Shown here: positions 60,483 to 64,000 of the stretch, piece by piece
Position numbering within the stretch: position 1 is the stretch's first letter
Layout: the number at the start of each line of letters is the position of its first letter
Origin: Alloascoidea hylecoeti
Taxonomy: Eukaryota
DNA: 64,000 nucleotides
Direction: 5' to 3'
Assembly (NCBI GenBank): GCA_001600815.1
Contig: BCKZ01000001.1
Location: 2,018,804-2,082,803, forward strand
The notes under the pieces: generated by a model
Told to the model about the DNA's origin: nothing
What the model saw: only the letters and a program-made list of their open reading frames with translations
Databases searched by the model: none
Position numbers and translations under genes: made by a program

Positions 60483-62921
60483 TTAACTTTGATTAAAAAC
60501 ACTAGAACTTAGATCAAGATTCCACTCGTCGAACCATTGTATATTAGCACCCCCTAGTCCCGAATCAAAGTTAGTTGAGGCGAAGTCAGAATCTTGATAA
60601 TTTTCGAGAAATGGAACGGAATCAGAGGCTGTAATGGGGGGATTGCCTGAATTATCAGAGTTACGAGAAGTATGAGGACCCATATTAGATGTGATAACTA
60701 CTGGATAAACAGATGACATTGGTTCAGCAATATTACCATTACTATTATTAGCATTGTCTGACAGCCCTAATTGTGAATTTTGTATTTGAGTTCTGTTGCC
60801 AGAGGTTATATTTTCTGTTTCCATGGAATCAGCAACTTTTTCGATCAGTCCGTCTTTACCATATGACCCCCTCTCATGGAAATTTTCCTTGTTGACTTCA
60901 TTAGATTCAGCTTCTTCTATTCCAGCACCTTCAAGGTAACTAGCGGATTCTTTCAATCGTATTACTAGCATCTTATTAAGTGTCTTGACTGCCCATTCGC
61001 ACTCTCGGGCCATCCCAAACATTGGGGTTTGTTGTTCATTAGTAGCTGAATTCACAACTTGGTTTAGCCTACAACCACTGTAGAATGTTATAATTTTAAT
61101 TCCCCTTTGAACTAAGAGGTTTGCTTTGATACCATATATGTTTGCACTTGCTAATGTTAATGCAACAACAGTTTCTGCATAAATAAAAGCACTAAAAATA
61201 CCCCAAGGTGCTAAAATATAATTTGAATCCAACTTTTGCAAATGTTCCATTACCGTAATAGTACCATCGGCTGCCTGATAACATCTTTCAATGCTTCTTC
61301 CGGAATGACTTTCTGGTATATCATGAGAAAACAATGGAAATAATGTTCGTAAATGAAGAGTGGATATCACATTATTATAATATAACCGTATGCAGGCAAC
61401 TATAGTTGGATGAACTCCTGGTGTATTATCAAGAATTGTATCTGAATGCATATTGAATTTCCTCAGCCAAATATCCAATTCTTTTAATTGAGTTTCAATA
61501 GAATGCAATTCTTTACCAGAATAATCATCGTTATCAGTCAAAGGTCGAAGTTTACGCATTAAATATGATAACTGAAGCATTGCAAAAGATGCTACGCTAA
61601 ACCATCCATATTTGAATTCCTTCTCCCAGTCATTCAGAGAAGGAAACGGTATTGTGATGAAATTTTCAACTAGTGTTGGCATGCGACCACTCAGCAAAGA
61701 AAATTCAATATCACAGATATAGCAGATCCAAAACACATTTCTCATCTTGAAGGCATGATAAGGTGGGAACTTAGTTAAGGTGGCATCAACACAAAGAGAA
61801 AGACCTTGGCATATTCTTAATGCCCTACCTAGAGCATTGAAACATGAAACTTGCCTATGGCATGTTCGAAGATAAAGGGAAACTAACAGCCATCCTTGAA
61901 CTAATTCAGCAGATTCCCACTCGAATGATAAATTTTGAAGAACATTATAAGCCTCTTCAAAAAATTGTTCTTCTAATCCATGTCTATAAATATTACGGAA
62001 ACGTGTTTCAGAGAATCTCATTGAAATTGCACATATAAGAGCAGTTATGGAATAAAATAAGACTTCCTTATCTTTAATTATGGGAGGGTATTGTTCAATA
62101 ACTCGATCATATTGAATCTTAAAGGCATCTTTATGAATTATTGTATAAATAGGATTTATCTCATCGAAGAAATATGCCAGGAGCCCATCGACTTGTTTCT
62201 GTATTATGAAATTGAAGGCTGTGATGATACCAACAGGTCGAGGTTTCAAATAATGTCTCCCTCCAAGATTGAACCCATATGTTTGTAATCGAGGGACTTT
62301 GATCTGGCTTTTGAATTCATCGGGCAAAGACTCATGTAAATTCTTTCCAAGTGCAGGCGTAAGTAACATGTGAGGTCTTCTTAAAACCCGTGCTTTGGAG
62401 GTTGATAAAAATATTTGTTTAGCTAGTTGTATTTCTTCTTCAGATTTTGCTGAGCCATTAAAACCCGTACGTGTATTCTCAGTAGCCCTCGAGTTTGAAT
62501 ATCGTAATTCTTCTTCTAATTGCGAGACTCTGTTTTCTAACATGTGAACATATGAAGGAGGAGGACCTTGTGTAAGATATGGGCCAGTGATTATAGGATT
62601 ATTTGTGTATAACGGCGTCCTGGATTGATCTTGAATTGGTGGAGGAGGCGGCTGTAGCTGATAATTCATAAGATGACTTGGGGTGGTTGTCACTATAAAC
62701 TCTTGTTTGTTCATAAAACCTTTAACCTCATGGTATTGGCATAACTGGTGGTGTTTGTCACATGGCTTACATGGTAAGCATCCATCACATTTGATCTTGT
62801 GTCGTTTACATCGATTGCAAGCACGAGCTACTCGTTGTCGTTTTGTTCGATTTATTTGTTTATCTGGAGTACTTCTATTTTCATTTTCATCGTGTGGACT
62901 TTCAGCTGAATACATTGACAT
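60483..62921 (-). CDS. Zn(II)2Cys6 transcription factor with fungal-specific TF domain, possibly Stb4-like
   Basis: RACNRCKRHKIKCDGCLPCKPC...C zinc cluster; middle homology region VQGWLLVSLYL and RNVFWICYICD. PRLQTYGFNLGGRHYL recalls the Stb4 family. Confidence 0.88.
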   Translation of the reverse strand: MSMYSAESPHDENENRSTPDKQINRTKRQRVARACNRCKRHKIKCDGCLPCKPCDKHHQLCQYHEVKGFMNKQEFIVTTTPSHLMNYQLQPPPPPIQDQSRTPLYTNNPIITGPYLTQGPPPSYVHMLENRVSQLEEELRYSNSRATENTRTGFNGSAKSEEEIQLAKQIFLSTSKARVLRRPHMLLTPALGKNLHESLPDEFKSQIKVPRLQTYGFNLGGRHYLKPRPVGIITAFNFIIQKQVDGLLAYFFDEINPIYTIIHKDAFKIQYDRVIEQYPPIIKDKEVLFYSITALICAISMRFSETRFRNIYRHGLEEQFFEEAYNVLQNLSFEWESAELVQGWLLVSLYLRTCHRQVSCFNALGRALRICQGLSLCVDATLTKFPPYHAFKMRNVFWICYICDIEFSLLSGRMPTLVENFITIPFPSLNDWEKEFKYGWFSVASFAMLQLSYLMRKLRPLTDNDDYSGKELHSIETQLKELDIWLRKFNMHSDTILDNTPGVHPTIVACIRLYYNNVISTLHLRTLFPLFSHDIPESHSGRSIERCYQAADGTITVMEHLQKLDSNYILAPWGIFSAFIYAETVVALTLASANIYGIKANLLVQRGIKIITFYSGCRLNQVVNSATNEQQTPMFGMARECEWAVKTLNKMLVIRLKESASYLEGAGIEEAESNEVNKENFHERGSYGKDGLIEKVADSMETENITSGNRTQIQNSQLGLSDNANNSNGNIAEPMSSVYPVVITSNMGPHTSRNSDNSGNPPITASDSVPFLENYQDSDFASTNFDSGLGGANIQWFDEWNLDLSSSVFNQS

Positions 62922-63194
62922 TTTAAGTCTGAGTGCATGTCAGAGTTATTACTTCATTCTACTAAGAGAAAGTGAGAAAAACGAATAAAGGTTCATTACG
63001 TAATATCTTAATTATAATTAACAGCATATTATTATAAATCGTGGATCCTTTAAATTTCTCTTAAATTAAAAACCAGTAACATTAATTATTATAACATATT
63101 CAATAATTCAAATCAACAAGCTTAAATGTCTTAATATAAACATATACTAATTTTGATATGGATATGTTTAGATAAAAGCAAAAACAATTTTTAA

Positions 63195-64000
63195 TCAAAA
63201 TTTCTCTATAAACTGACTCTTCCTGGCATCATCTACCTTAGATTCATAATCACTTTCATCATCAGTTTTGGGATGAAGAGATTCTTCTTCATCTTCTCCT
63301 GCAATGTCTGTAGTAAATACGGTTGCTGGTTGAGTAGAATCGGAGTTATTATGGGTTACTTCAATATTAAGGGGATCTGTGTTAGAAATAATCCCGGCAT
63401 CGACAGCTGCTCTAATTGCGACTACAGCAGCCTGCTGATCTGTTTGGCCTTCGATAGGTTCAACCGTCAATTTAGTACTGGCTTCTGGGTTGATAGTTTG
63501 GGCTGTGTCCTTTATTCCATTTAAGGTAGTTGCTTTTTTAGGATTTGCAGCATAAATCTTTTTGGCACTACTAAACCCTTTAAAAAATGACTTGAGTTTT
63601 GAAGGTGAGGTTGAACTGCTTGTGGAGGCAGACGTTGAAGCTATGGGTGATGATGGAATACCACTATTTATGCTTTCAAGTCTTTGATTAGAGTTTGTTG
63701 AATCAGATGTGTTGGTTCCGTTTGAAGAAGACGCAACACTTTCCTCTTGTTTAGATGCAACAAAATTTCTTGAAAGTTCGGGAATATCATTTTTCTCTTG
63801 TTCCAAGTTTTTCAATTTCTGTTCTATGTCCTTGATATACTCCTCGGTCTTAATCTTTTTGGTCTGTCCTTCAGTGAGTTTATCCAATGAAGTCTTGTAT
63901 GAAACTTTAGCATCTTTAAGTCCACCTTCCAAGTTTTTTATATCTGATTCGACCTTTAAAACTTCCTCATCATCTTTCTCTTGTATTTTAGGGGATTCCG
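63195..64000 (-). CDS. 3' part of a coiled-coil/low-complexity protein running off the window; possibly eisosome protein Eis1-like
   Basis: The frame is open to the window edge. Coiled coil followed by a Ser/Thr/acidic tail. The terminal KSQFIEKF* resembles the Eis1-type F-x-E-x-F end. Identity is tentative. Confidence 0.6.
   Translation of the reverse strand, partial: ESPKIQEKDDEEVLKVESDIKNLEGGLKDAKVSYKTSLDKLTEGQTKKIKTEEYIKDIEQKLKNLEQEKNDIPELSRNFVASKQEESVASSSNGTNTSDSTNSNQRLESINSGIPSSPIASTSASTSSSTSPSKLKSFFKGFSSAKKIYAANPKKATTLNGIKDTAQTINPEASTKLTVEPIEGQTDQQAAVVAIRAAVDAGIISNTDPLNIEVTHNNSDSTQPATVFTTDIAGEDEEESLHPKTDDESDYESKVDDARKSQFIEKF

Overview
AT-rich eukaryotic (fungal) DNA, most likely from an intron-rich, early-branching budding yeast (Saccharomycotina). 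It uses the standard code, since CTG falls at conserved Leu positions. I can support about 21 protein-coding genes. In order: YLF2 3' end, TYE7, CKS1, YPT52, HSP10, UTP10, GMH1, an unannotated spliced orphan, SPO14, BCH1/BUD7, TAF9, NudE, a GPI chitinase, CIR2, CDC24, ERV46, a JmjC protein, GDS1, NAT2, LEU5, a Zn2Cys6 factor, plus an Eis1-like 3' fragment. Several are multi-intron genes that the ORF track misses or truncates. No tRNA, rRNA, CRISPR array or intact transposon was recognised. The most interesting observations are: (1) a 142-aa spliced orphan gene whose strand/helix pattern resembles the Rhodococcus Vap beta-barrel, with a long intron closed by a 17-bp stem; (2) a 4-nt microexon in GMH1; (3) abrupt GC islands of about 65-70% inside a domain with very AT-rich coding sequence; (4) a compact HSP10/UTP10 bidirectional promoter carrying opposing stress elements. 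Gene names rest on motifs recalled from memory, not on database searches.
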